This document shows, piece by piece, positions 10,935-20,757 of a stretch of DNA of 57,211 bases. A program made the translations under genes and the position numbers. Source of the DNA: Gallionella sp. GTDB taxonomy: Bacteria > Pseudomonadota > Gammaproteobacteria > Burkholderiales > Gallionellaceae. Location: the NCBI GenBank assembly GCA_036514695.1, contig DATBWQ010000092.1, positions 1 through 57,211 of the forward strand, given 5' to 3'. The notes under the pieces are model-generated. The model searched no databases and was not told the DNA's origin. It worked only from the letters and a program-made list of their open reading frames with translations. Every line of letters begins with the position of its first letter. The stretch's first letter is position 1.

Positions 10935-12578
10935 ATGCTGACCCTACCCCTGGAACCGACTGACGACCTGGCCGATCCGGCTTTCAAGGATCCGGCCAGT
11001 TGCTCGGAATGGATGGCACAACTCCAGTTGACCAATCTGCAACCGGCTCACAGCCAATTGCTTGTCCAGCTCAACGAATTTAACCGCTACCCGATGCGCG
11101 GTCTGGATCGGATGAACACGCTGGAATTGCTGCGCGAGACCGTCAGCTATGTGCAGGATAATTACGCCAAAAAACTGATCGCCAAACCGCTGCCGCTGAA
11201 TGAGAACGAGATGACGGTGTTCGTGGGCATCGCGCAACTCTGGCAGGCGCTGGTATTGGGCTATCAGCGCTGCCTGCAAGCCTGTATGGCCGGCGATAAA
11301 CAGCTTGCCAGGCAGGGCGCATTGTTATGTCAACGCTGCCTGCTGTATAGCGGGCTGGCGATCTTTGAGCACTTGCGCAGTGGTTACGAATTCGATCCCA
11401 AACTATGGCATCAATTGCATGAGCTGTACGCGTTCGCCGAAGAGAACAAGCTGCAACTCGCTGAAGTCCCGGACCCGTTGAATGCCGCCCAACCGCGCAG
11501 CAGTTGCCAGAGCATCTATGTCAAAACCCTGCTTGCCTGTTATGCGCGTCCCGCCGAACTGAGCCGGTCGCAGCTGCAACTTCTGGATGGCTGGCTGTCA
11601 CAATGGAGCAGCAATGTGGCCGTGGAGCGCAGCTATACCAGCAGCAGAGGGGACGCCCAGCCGCTCGCAACAGACTTGGCCAGCATGCATGGATTGCGGC
11701 CCGTCCAGCACATCACACACAGCGAGACCACTCGCTACATAGCGATGGTCCCCTTGAGCAAGCTGCTGCGCGTAAAGACGATACTGTTGCAGCAAGGCCA
11801 AACCCCGCAACAACTGAAACTTGGCGACAACTGCGTCGTCAATGACTGCATCGAGTTCCTCACATTTTTGCATCAGAGCTGGTGCGAAGAGCGCAACACG
11901 CGTTTTGGCGAACGGCATCAGGCCGCGCATCGAGCGCAGCTTTGCCACAGTCCGGAAGATATTTACGCGCATCTGTCCGGCCGGCCGTTCAAACAGTCCG
12001 GAAACTATGCTGCAAAAGATATCCTGTCACGCAGACAAACCGAGCCCATGATCAAAGTGTCGCCTGATTCCTCCAATCAGGCGCTGGTCGAAAAGGGATT
12101 CCCGCTGGAAACCTGGCAGTTGGAGAACGAAAGCATCCTGGGTGCGCGACTCACCCGCGAGGATATGTCCGGCGGGCGGCTGAGCTACAATCAACTGGTC
12201 GCATTGCGCCCCATCGACGCGCCGCCCTCCGTTCCTGGTGCCGCTGCGTGGATACTGGGCGCCACGACATGGGTGAACGTGACACGCACCGGGCATCTGC
12301 GTATCGGCGTGCGATACCTGCCGGGCGCTGCTGAAGCTGTCCGCATCCGCATCGCTGCGGCAGACGGCGGCGAAGCAGATAAATATTCCCCGGCATTCCT
12401 ATTGCAGGCGGTTCCTGCGCTCAAGACCCCGCCCAGTCTGATCCTTCCGCGCGGCTTGTTCCAGCCGGATCGCGCGGCGGAGATCGTGCATCTGGACGCC
12501 GTAGATCAGCAGGTAAAAATGGGCTTCTGCGTGGAGCGCGGAGTCGATTACGAGCGCGTCAGCTTTACACTGGTATGA
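10935..12578 (+). CDS. Conserved hypothetical protein (possible atypical PilZ-like C-terminus)
   Basis: 547-aa ORF filling the gap; the family assignment is weak. Confidence 0.75.
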   Translation: MLTLPLEPTDDLADPAFKDPASCSEWMAQLQLTNLQPAHSQLLVQLNEFNRYPMRGLDRMNTLELLRETVSYVQDNYAKKLIAKPLPLNENEMTVFVGIAQLWQALVLGYQRCLQACMAGDKQLARQGALLCQRCLLYSGLAIFEHLRSGYEFDPKLWHQLHELYAFAEENKLQLAEVPDPLNAAQPRSSCQSIYVKTLLACYARPAELSRSQLQLLDGWLSQWSSNVAVERSYTSSRGDAQPLATDLASMHGLRPVQHITHSETTRYIAMVPLSKLLRVKTILLQQGQTPQQLKLGDNCVVNDCIEFLTFLHQSWCEERNTRFGERHQAAHRAQLCHSPEDIYAHLSGRPFKQSGNYAAKDILSRRQTEPMIKVSPDSSNQALVEKGFPLETWQLENESILGARLTREDMSGGRLSYNQLVALRPIDAPPSVPGAAAWILGATTWVNVTRTGHLRIGVRYLPGAAEAVRIRIAAADGGEADKYSPAFLLQAVPALKTPPSLILPRGLFQPDRAAEIVHLDAVDQQVKMGFCVERGVDYERVSFTLV

Positions 12579-12589
12579 CATAAAACATA

Positions 12590-12685
12590 GGACTGAGGAT
12601 CGAGGACTGAGGACTGAGCTAAAAACAGGGCAGTGGGTTTTTCTCAGTCCTCAGTCCTCAGTCCTCAGTCCTCAGTCCTCAGTCC
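12590..12685. repeat. Inverted heptamer tandem arrays (GGACTGA)n ... (TCAGTCC)n
   Basis: Seen directly; overlaps the phoR stop codon. Confidence 0.9.
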
Positions 12686-13980
12686 GCTTTTACCAGCCTT
12701 CTGACCGGGAACACCAGAGAAAATGTGCTGCCCTTGCCCTCCTCGCTGAATATTTCAAGCCTGGCCTGGTGACGCATCGCGATATGTTTGACGATCGCCA
12801 GACCCAGGCCTGTCCCACCCGTTTCCCGCGAGCGGCTGCGGTCCACCCGGTAAAATCGTTCGGTCAGACGCGGAATGTGCAGTGCGGCGATGCCGATACC
12901 GCTGTCCTGCACCGAGAAAACCGGCTGCCCGCCCCGTTCGAACCAGCGCAGCGTGATCGACCCGCCCTCCGGCGTGTAGCGGATCGCGTTGCCGAGCAGA
13001 TTGTCGAACGCGCTGCGCAATTCTTCACGATTGCCCGACATCCTCGTGCTGCCCTCCACTTCCAGGTGCAAGACATGCTTTCCACCGCTGAGTAGCATTC
13101 CCCCCTGATAGACCTCATTGAGCAGAACACCGATGTCAACCATCTCCTCGCGCAACGGATTCTGGTCATTTTCCAGGCGTGACAGTACAAGCAGATCGGC
13201 AACCAGATTTTCCATGCGCCTGGTCTGCTCGGCCATCAGCCGCAATGCGCGCTGTGCGCTTTCCTGGCTGAGATCGGGCATGTCCTGCAAATTCTCGACG
13301 AAACCGTTCACCACGGTCAGCGGGGTGCGCAACTCGTGCGACACATTGGCGACAAAATCCCGGCGCATGCCTTCGATGCGCTCAAATTGTGTGATGTCGC
13401 GACTGATCAGCAATCGCTTGTCCCCGCCATACGGAATGAGTTTGATGGACAACACCAAGTCATCATGGCGTGCCGGGCGCATCATCAACGGCTTGCTGAA
13501 ATCCGATTCATGGAGATACTCGATGAACTCCGGTTGCCGTACCAGATAGGTGATGTCCTGCATGACGTCCTGCTCGGCATCAAGGTCGAAGTGCTGCTGG
13601 GCGATCGGGTTGAACCATTCGATGCGATTCGCGTCGTTCAGGATTGCCACTCCCTCCGGCAGCGCGGCTGTGGCTTGCTCCATGTGCTGCAATTCGGTCG
13701 CCAGTTTTTGCTTGGTCTGGTTATGCTGTTTGACCATCTTGTACAGATGCGAGAACACATCATCCCAGATGCCCCCTGCTTCCGGCATGGTTTCAAGACG
13801 CGCATCATTCAGCCATATCCCCAGCTTGTAGAGTTGCCATGCATGGCGCGCCATCACGGTCAGCAGTGCCAGCAGCATGAACAGCAGCGCATACGAAGCC
13901 GAGAACACGCCCCATAACAGCAACGCGAACAGCGCGCTGAATACGATGGGCAGACTCAAGCGAAACCAGAAATCCTGCAA
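12679..13980 (-). CDS. phoR: Phosphate regulon sensor kinase PhoR
   Basis: FVANVSHELRTPLTV, RLTERFYRVD..RSRETGGTGLGL; adjacent to phoB. Confidence 0.95.
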   Translation of the reverse strand: MQDFWFRLSLPIVFSALFALLLWGVFSASYALLFMLLALLTVMARHAWQLYKLGIWLNDARLETMPEAGGIWDDVFSHLYKMVKQHNQTKQKLATELQHMEQATAALPEGVAILNDANRIEWFNPIAQQHFDLDAEQDVMQDITYLVRQPEFIEYLHESDFSKPLMMRPARHDDLVLSIKLIPYGGDKRLLISRDITQFERIEGMRRDFVANVSHELRTPLTVVNGFVENLQDMPDLSQESAQRALRLMAEQTRRMENLVADLLVLSRLENDQNPLREEMVDIGVLLNEVYQGGMLLSGGKHVLHLEVEGSTRMSGNREELRSAFDNLLGNAIRYTPEGGSITLRWFERGGQPVFSVQDSGIGIAALHIPRLTERFYRVDRSRSRETGGTGLGLAIVKHIAMRHQARLEIFSEEGKGSTFSLVFPVRRLVKAD

Positions 13981-14012
13981 AAAAAGCTCCTTATAAATTT
14001 GCCATCAAATTT

Positions 14013-14069
14013 TGGAGTGCGGCGACGTGTCGCCGCTTTTTAAAAGCGCAGACATGCCTGCGCACTCCA
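14013..14069. repeat. TGGAG-type REP doublet
   Basis: TGGAGTGCGGCGAC...CTGCGCACTCCA. Confidence 0.7.
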
Positions 14070-14086
14070 TATCGCTGCCGCGCACT

Positions 14087-14212
14087 TATTGAGGATTACA
14101 TATTTGAAGACAGTGTCTCCGCATCTCGTAGGTCGGGCTACGCCCGACGCGGCGGGCAAAGCCCGCCCTACGGTAAATCACTTAACAGTCATGAATTATG
14201 TAAAGCTCAATA
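14087..14212. mobile_element. MITE copy 2; supplies the phoB stop codon
   Basis: Matches 5931-6056. Confidence 0.85.
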
Positions 14213-14902
14213 ATTAATCGAAAAGCGATAACCGCTGCCGCGCACGGTTTGGATCAGGCCATCCATCCCGGCCGGTTCCAATGCGGCGCGCAAACGGCGA
14301 ATATGCACATCCACGGTGCGTTCCTCGACGAACACCTGCGTGCCCCATACCTGATCGAGCAATTGCGTGCGGCTATACACGCGCTCCGCATGGGTCATGA
14401 AAAAATGCAGCAGACGAAACTCCGTCGGTCCCAACTCCACACTGGAACCTTTTGCAGTCACGCGATGCGCCGCAGGCGACAACTCCAGCCCGCCCGCCGC
14501 CACCGTTTCATCCAGCATGGCCGGAATATGACGGCGCAAAACCGCGCGTATCCGTGCCATCAACTCTCGGGGAGAAAACGGCTTGGTGATGTAATCGTCC
14601 GCGCCGGACTCCAGCCCCAATATCTTGTCGCGCTCATCACCGCGCGCGGTCAGCATGATGATGGGGATATCCTTGCTGCGCGCATCGGCGCGAAACTGTT
14701 TCGCCAGAATCACACCGCTGGTGTCCGGCAACATCCAGTCCAGCAGGATCAAGTCCGGCACATTGCTGCGTATCTGTTGCCACGCGCTATCCGCATCTTC
14801 GGCACGCAACGCCTGAAATCCCGCCTGCATCACATTGAACGCCAGCAATTCCTGGATAGCCGGCTCGTCTTCCACGATCAAGATCTTTGCACTCATCATC
14901 AC
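14207..14902 (-). CDS. phoB: Response regulator PhoB
   Basis: LLDWMLP, GPTEFRLLHFFMTH and ERTVDVHIRRLR motifs. Confidence 0.96.
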   Translation of the reverse strand: MMMSAKILIVEDEPAIQELLAFNVMQAGFQALRAEDADSAWQQIRSNVPDLILLDWMLPDTSGVILAKQFRADARSKDIPIIMLTARGDERDKILGLESGADDYITKPFSPRELMARIRAVLRRHIPAMLDETVAAGGLELSPAAHRVTAKGSSVELGPTEFRLLHFFMTHAERVYSRTQLLDQVWGTQVFVEERTVDVHIRRLRAALEPAGMDGLIQTVRGSGYRFSINY

Positions 14903-14970
14903 TCCTTCATTCTATACACAGCGATGGGTTGCGAGGATATGAAGGAATTGTGACAGGAAGATGACACGCG

Positions 14971-16413
14971 CTAAGTTTTGGTATGCGCAGCATGATGGCT
15001 GCGCATCATGTTGGGCAGCAGCGAACCGGCCAGCATCCCGGCCACACTCATCAGCAAGCCGACCAGTTGCGGCGGCCAATAGGTGTCCGGCTGAAGGATC
15101 TCCATGGCCATCCACGAGATCAATCCCATCGCAATGGACAGCAGCGCGCCCTGATTGTTGGCGCGCTTCCAGTACAGGCCGAACGCAAGCGGCACGAACG
15201 CCCCGACCAGCGTGATCTTGTAGGCGTTCTCCACCATGTGGAAGATGCTCGATTCCGAATTCAGCGCGAACCACAGCACGAAACTGCCGAAGGTCAGCAC
15301 GATGATGCGCATGGTGCGCAGCATCTGCTGATCGCCCATATGCTTGAACGCGATATGCTTGAGGATGTTTTCGGTGAACATTACCGAAGGCGCGAGCAAG
15401 GTGGCGGATGCCGTGCTCATGATGGCTGACAGCAAGGCGCCGAAGAACAGCACCTGCGCGACAAGTGGCGTGTGATTCATGATCAGGCTGGGCAGCACCA
15501 TCTGCGGGTCGCTCTCGGTCAGTTCACTGAAGAACTTCGGATCGATCAGCGTCGCGGAATAGGCCAGGAACATCGGCACGAAAGCAAAGGCGAAATACAA
15601 CACACCCCCCAGCACCGTGCCGCGCACCGCGGTCTTCTCGTTCTTCGCCGAAGTCATGCGCTGGAACACATCCTGTTGCGGAATGGATCCCAGCATCATG
15701 GTCAGCAATGCGCCGGCGAACGGAATCCACACTTCGATGCCGCCGCTGGGAAACAACTGCAACTTTCCGGAAGTCTGCGCATGGCTGACCACATGGCCCA
15801 CCCCGCCGGCATCATCGCTGATCAACACGGCGATCAGCAGCATGCCCGCCATGATCACGGTCATTTGCACGAAATCGAGCAGCGCGATAGACCACATCCC
15901 GCCAAACATGGTGTAGGCCAGCACGATGGTCACGCCGATGAACATGCCAGCCTGGTTCGAGATCGCGCCATCGCTCACCACGTTGAACACCAGTCCGAGT
16001 GCCGTCACCTGCGCGGCCACCCAGCCCAGGTAGGAGATCATGATGCACAAGGTCATGATCAATTCTACCGTGGGGTTATAACGGGCACGATAATAATCGC
16101 CGATGGTGAGCAGATTCATCCGATATAGCAGCGGCGCGAAAAACATCCCGGCGATGATCAGACACATGCTGGCGCCGAACGGATCGGCGACCACGCCGCC
16201 CAATCCCTCCTTGACGAACACCGCGGAGATTCCCAGCACCGTCTCTGCGCCGAACCAGGTGGCAAATACCGTTGCGGTCACGATCGGCAAGGGCAGATTG
16301 CGCCCGGCCACCACGAAGTCCCTGGAATTGTGCACGCGCGTCGAGGCATACAGGCCGATGCCCACGGATAACAGCAGATAAAGAATGACGAACCAGATCA
16401 GCATGATGGACAT
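14971..16413 (-). CDS. Sodium:solute symporter family protein
   Basis: DFVVAGR, ATWFGAETVLG and SIPQQDVFQR; many TM helices. Confidence 0.92.
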   Translation of the reverse strand: MSIMLIWFVILYLLLSVGIGLYASTRVHNSRDFVVAGRNLPLPIVTATVFATWFGAETVLGISAVFVKEGLGGVVADPFGASMCLIIAGMFFAPLLYRMNLLTIGDYYRARYNPTVELIMTLCIMISYLGWVAAQVTALGLVFNVVSDGAISNQAGMFIGVTIVLAYTMFGGMWSIALLDFVQMTVIMAGMLLIAVLISDDAGGVGHVVSHAQTSGKLQLFPSGGIEVWIPFAGALLTMMLGSIPQQDVFQRMTSAKNEKTAVRGTVLGGVLYFAFAFVPMFLAYSATLIDPKFFSELTESDPQMVLPSLIMNHTPLVAQVLFFGALLSAIMSTASATLLAPSVMFTENILKHIAFKHMGDQQMLRTMRIIVLTFGSFVLWFALNSESSIFHMVENAYKITLVGAFVPLAFGLYWKRANNQGALLSIAMGLISWMAMEILQPDTYWPPQLVGLLMSVAGMLAGSLLPNMMRSHHAAHTKT

Positions 16414-16485
16414 CCCCCCTCAAAATCCAAATGATTGAATCGCAGTGCGGCGGATTTTAGCAGCCTTGTGCAAAATCGTGACAAA

Positions 16486-16512
16486 CAAAAAGCCACCGAA
16501 AGGTGGCTTTTT
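16486..16512. terminator. Rho-independent terminator (bidirectional-type)
   Basis: AAAAAGCCACC-GAAA-GGTGGCTTTTT. Confidence 0.75.
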
Positions 16513-16770
16513 GCATATATTAAGGTCAGGTGAATTTAACGAGTGCCTCTAAAAATCCAAAGTTCGCCCAAATGCAAGGCGTGGAAAACGAAGTTTCAGT
16601 ATAGGGTAACCTTTAGGTTGGCCGGAACTAAAAAATTTGCGAGCATCCGCTTTGCGGATTGCCTGCATACCCCACTTCGCAGCGCCGCATATGGGGTATA
16701 TGTAAGCAAGAAATTTTTTGCGAGCATCCGCTACACGGATTGCCTGCTTACCCCTCTGCCGCAACGCAGC

Positions 16771-16830
16771 ATAACCAGCCACTTGGTTGCCGTTGTTTGG
16801 CAACTTAGTGGAATGGCTAGTTGTTCTATC
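16771..16830 (-). mobile_element. 60-nt hairpin insertion element
   Basis: Reverse complement GATAGAACAACTAGCCATTCCACT...GGTTAT; family of 6 copies in the window. Confidence 0.8.
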
Positions 16831-16852
16831 AGTTGGGATGGAATCTGGATTT

Positions 16853-17455
16853 TTAAAGTTCTTTGGCGTGGCTGGCCAGATACTTCGCCACCCCTGCTGT
16901 AGAAGCATCCATACCTGCCTTGCCCTTGCTCCAGCCTGCCGGACATACTTCGCCGTGTTCCTCGGTGAATTGCAGCGCGTCCACCATGCGCAACATCTCG
17001 TCGATGTTGCGGCCCAGCGGCAGATCGTTCACCACCTGATGGCGCACCACACCGGCACGGTCGATCAGGAAAGAACCCCGGTAAGCCACTCCGCCGTCGG
17101 CTTCCACGTCGTAAGCCTTGCAGATCTCGTGTTTGATGTCGGCCACCATCGGGTAGCGCACTTGCCCGATGCCGCCCTTGTCGACAGCGGTATTCTTCCA
17201 GGCGAAGTGGGAGAATTGCGAGTCTATCGAAACACCGATCACCTCCACATTGCGCTTCTTGAATTCATCCAGCCTGTGATCGAAAGCGATCAGCTCGGAA
17301 GGGCAGACAAAAGTAAAATCCAGCGGATAGAAAAAAATCACGGCATACTTACCGGTGATATGTTTCTTCAGATTGAACGTTTCGTTGAAATCGTTGTTGC
17401 CCATCACGGCAACAGCGTTGAAATCGGGGGCGGCTTTGCCGACGAGTACAGCCAT
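16853..17455 (-). CDS. ahpC: 2-Cys peroxiredoxin (AhpC/TSA family)
   Basis: FYPLDFTFVCPSE and GEVCPAGW motifs. Confidence 0.93.
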   Translation of the reverse strand: MAVLVGKAAPDFNAVAVMGNNDFNETFNLKKHITGKYAVIFFYPLDFTFVCPSELIAFDHRLDEFKKRNVEVIGVSIDSQFSHFAWKNTAVDKGGIGQVRYPMVADIKHEICKAYDVEADGGVAYRGSFLIDRAGVVRHQVVNDLPLGRNIDEMLRMVDALQFTEEHGEVCPAGWSKGKAGMDASTAGVAKYLASHAKEL

Positions 17456-17642
17456 GTTCATCTCCTAAGGTTTATTGGTGCTGGGCTGCGCAATTTAGAC
17501 TTTTGCCATCGTCGCGTCAACCTTCTGCGGGAAGTGGCTTTGATTTTCGCAGTTTTGCAGGGTGCGTTCCATGCACCGCCTTTGATACAACGATGGTGCG
17601 CAGAACGCACCCGATATTTCGCTTTTTTATTGTGAAATGGAA

Positions 17643-19385
17643 TTACTCATCACCAACCATCGCAAACTGGATGCGGTGCAACTGCGCATACACTCCGTTC
17701 CTGGCAAGCAGCTCACGGTGGGTGCCGACCTCGACGATCTCGCCTTTTTGCAGCACCACGATGCGATCCGCCTTTTCGATTGTGGACAGGCGATGCGCGA
17801 TGACCAGCGTGGTGCGGCCTTGCATCAGGGTCTCCAGCGCGGCCTGCACATGGCGTTCGGATTCGCTGTCCAGCGCGGAGGTCGCTTCATCCAGGATCAA
17901 TATCGGCGCATCCTTGAGGATGGCGCGCGCGATGGCGATGCGCTGGCGTTGTCCGCCGGAAAGGCGCACACCTTTTTCGCCGACCAGCGTCTGCAAACCC
18001 TGCGGCATGTCGCGGATGAATTCCATCGCATGCGCGGCCTGGGCGGCGGCGATGATTTCCGCTTCGGGCACCTCGCGCATCTGGCCGTAAGCGATGTTGG
18101 CGGCAACGGTATCGTTGAACAGCACCACTTCCTGGCTCACCAGCGCGATATTGGCGCGCAGGCTGGCCAGCGTGAGATCGGCAAGGTCATGCACATCCAG
18201 CGTGATGCGGCCGCTGCCCGGCGAATAAAAGCGCGGCACCAGATTCGCCAGCGTGCTCTTGCCGCTACCGGATGCGCCCACCAGCGCGACCGCCTGCCCC
18301 GCCGGGATTTCCAGGCAGACATCGCGCAACGCCAGCCGGTCATCCTGCTGGTAGGACAGGCTCACATGCTCGAATCCTATCCGGCCGTTGGCGCGGCCTA
18401 TCGCGGTCTTTCCGGTATCGATCTCGCTGTGCGTGTCGAGCAACTCGAATATGCTTTCCGATGCCGCCAAACCGCGCTGCATGAATTCGCTGACGCTGGT
18501 GATGCGCTTCAGCGGTGCGGTCAGCATCAGCATGGCCGCAACAAAAGAGAGGAACCCTCCGACCGTGGTCACATCGCTGCGCGTCTGCACGGTAGCGAGA
18601 TAGATGATCACAGACAGCGCCACGGCGGCGATCATCTGCACGATGGGCACGTTGGCCACCGCCGCCGCCGCTTGCTTCATGGCATAACGTCGCACCCAGT
18701 TGATCTCCTCATCGAAGCGTTCGGATTCGTAGCGCTGCCCGCCGAACAGCTTGACCACCTTGTGCGCGGTGACGCTTTCCTCGATCACCTGGGTTATGCT
18801 GCCCATCGCGCGCTGCGAGTCGCGGCTGGAAGTGCGCAAACGGCGATTGATGGTGCTGATGACCAGTGCGACGACGGGCGCGACCACCAGCGAGAGCAGC
18901 GTCAATTTCCAATCCAGGTAGAACAACCAGCCGAGCAAGCCGATGATGATGATGGAATCGCGGATGGTGATGGTCACCACGCTGGTGGCGGCAGCGGTCA
19001 CCTGCGTCACATCGTAAGTGAGCTTCGAGATCAACGAGCCGGTGGCGTGGTCATCGTAGAAGCGTGTGGGCAGCGAGAGCAGTTTGCGGAACATCTCGGC
19101 ACGCAGATCCATCACCACTTTGTTACCCACCCAGTGAATGGCGTAGGAGCCGAAGAAACCCGAAACGCCGCGCACAAAAAAGATGACCAAGATAAAGATC
19201 GGCGTCCAGCGGATGATCGTGTCATCCTTGTGCACGAAGGTCCCGTCCAGCATGGGCTTCAGCAGAGCCGGCAACAGCGGTTCGGTGGCCGCGGTCACAG
19301 CCATGCCGAGTATGGACAGCGCAAAGACACGCCAGTAGGGTTTGACGTAGCCGAGCAGGCGCAGATAAAGCCGTGAGCTAGTCAT
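17643..19385 (-). CDS. msbA: Lipid A export ABC transporter MsbA
   Basis: TMD plus GASGSGKST, LSGGQRQR and DEATSALDSESE. Confidence 0.93.
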   Translation of the reverse strand: MTSSRLYLRLLGYVKPYWRVFALSILGMAVTAATEPLLPALLKPMLDGTFVHKDDTIIRWTPIFILVIFFVRGVSGFFGSYAIHWVGNKVVMDLRAEMFRKLLSLPTRFYDDHATGSLISKLTYDVTQVTAAATSVVTITIRDSIIIIGLLGWLFYLDWKLTLLSLVVAPVVALVISTINRRLRTSSRDSQRAMGSITQVIEESVTAHKVVKLFGGQRYESERFDEEINWVRRYAMKQAAAAVANVPIVQMIAAVALSVIIYLATVQTRSDVTTVGGFLSFVAAMLMLTAPLKRITSVSEFMQRGLAASESIFELLDTHSEIDTGKTAIGRANGRIGFEHVSLSYQQDDRLALRDVCLEIPAGQAVALVGASGSGKSTLANLVPRFYSPGSGRITLDVHDLADLTLASLRANIALVSQEVVLFNDTVAANIAYGQMREVPEAEIIAAAQAAHAMEFIRDMPQGLQTLVGEKGVRLSGGQRQRIAIARAILKDAPILILDEATSALDSESERHVQAALETLMQGRTTLVIAHRLSTIEKADRIVVLQKGEIVEVGTHRELLARNGVYAQLHRIQFAMVGDE

Positions 19386-19418
19386 GATGCATGGGTCATA
19401 TTCAGGGTGCGCACTCCA

Positions 19419-20153
19419 TCAGAAAAAATATAGTACACTGCGCACAGGTGCGATTAGCAACAACATCAAGGCCGCGCTTTCCACCAGTTCCACGCCCGCT
19501 CCCAAAGTATCACCGGTCATACCGCCCAATCGCCGCAGCAGGAATTGTTGCCATAGCCAGACCAGCAATGGCACGAATAAAAGGATGGGTGCTATCAAGC
19601 TGCACAGTGCCAGCACCCCGCCCCACAGCCACAGCGCGCTGCCCTTAACCTGATCGCCGAAACGTTCGCCCAACCCAGCCTTAAGCGAGGGCAAGCGTGC
19701 CCAAGCCAACGTACCCCAGCGTGCCCAAGCCGGAATCAGCAGCAATGCCCAATACTGCCCGCCTCGCGCCAACAACATCAGCAATACCAGTTTGACCATG
19801 AGTTGCAGCGCCAGACTGATCACACCGAATGCCCCCAGGTGCGGATCGGCCAGCACGGCGAGGAAGCGCGCGCGGTCGCGGTGGGACGCACCGAGCGCAT
19901 CTGCCAGATCGGCCAAGCCGTCCAGATGCAACGCACCGGTGATTCCCACCCACAGCAATAACGTCAACAGCGCGCCCAACCACGGATCGATGCGACTACC
20001 CAACCACAATGTGCCTACAAGCAGCACACCGATCAACAAGCCCACCAGCGGAAACCAGTATGCTGTGCGTGGCACTTCCGTCGCGTCAAAGTCGCGTAAT
20101 TGCGGTGTAGGCAGCCGCGTTAGGAATTGAATCGCAAAAATAAAACCGCGCAT
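19419..20153 (-). CDS. cobS: Adenosylcobinamide-GDP ribazoletransferase
   Basis: FLTRLP, LHLDGLADLAD and GGMTGDTLGA motifs. Confidence 0.95.
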   Translation of the reverse strand: MRGFIFAIQFLTRLPTPQLRDFDATEVPRTAYWFPLVGLLIGVLLVGTLWLGSRIDPWLGALLTLLLWVGITGALHLDGLADLADALGASHRDRARFLAVLADPHLGAFGVISLALQLMVKLVLLMLLARGGQYWALLLIPAWARWGTLAWARLPSLKAGLGERFGDQVKGSALWLWGGVLALCSLIAPILLFVPLLVWLWQQFLLRRLGGMTGDTLGAGVELVESAALMLLLIAPVRSVLYFF

Positions 20154-20154
20154 G

Positions 20155-20757
20155 TCAGTTTAGAGAAAGCAGAAAAGGCAGGTGTCCATCCAGCCACGAA
20201 ACACGCAGGCAAGCGGCTTCTGGCAAGGCGATCTTAAACACTTGCGCGGGAGTGAAAGCAAACAGCTCCATCAACAGCGCGCGCATCACCCCGGCATGGG
20301 TGACCAGCAACCGATTTGCGCCGATGTCCTGTGCCATCCAGCGCTGCCACCCCTGCGCGACACGGGTGCGCAATGATGCCAGCGATTCGCCATTGGGTGG
20401 AGCCTGTTCGCCGAAGCCGGCGAAAAATGCCTGATACGCATCGGGGTCGCATACGGATGCTTCATCCGGTGTCAGCCCTTCCCAGTTGCCAAAGGCCAGT
20501 TCGCTGAATGCGGGCATCACCTGCAATGGCACGCCGCATTGTGCAGCCAACGGGGTAGCGAAGCTATGGCAGCGGCGCAGCGGCGAGGTAGCAATCGCAT
20601 CGAATCTTTCCTCGGGATAGCGCCTCAGCGCCTGTTGCATTTGCGCCGCGCCTTGCGCGCTGAGCATGTCGTCCTGCGCACCGCGAAAAATATGCGCGCG
20701 CCCCTCCACCGCACCATGGCGCAAGATGGTCACCAGAATTGGCTCAGTCTTTTTCAC
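20155..20757 (-). CDS. cobC: Histidine phosphatase (alpha-ribazole phosphatase-like)
   Basis: RHG, SPLRRC, FGNWEG and VTHAGV; cob operon context; GTG start inferred. Confidence 0.85.
   Translation of the reverse strand: MKKTEPILVTILRHGAVEGRAHIFRGAQDDMLSAQGAAQMQQALRRYPEERFDAIATSPLRRCHSFATPLAAQCGVPLQVMPAFSELAFGNWEGLTPDEASVCDPDAYQAFFAGFGEQAPPNGESLASLRTRVAQGWQRWMAQDIGANRLLVTHAGVMRALLMELFAFTPAQVFKIALPEAACLRVSWLDGHLPFLLSLN

Noticed and set aside
10805..12685. Repeat arrays as CRISPR
   Set aside because: Units are 7 nt without unique spacers, and no cas genes are in the window.
17637..19376. Long antisense ORFs (also 1020..2351, 8805..10349, 31954..33669, 53772..54854)
   Set aside because: Shadow frames of well-supported genes in GC-rich DNA, with no recognisable motifs.
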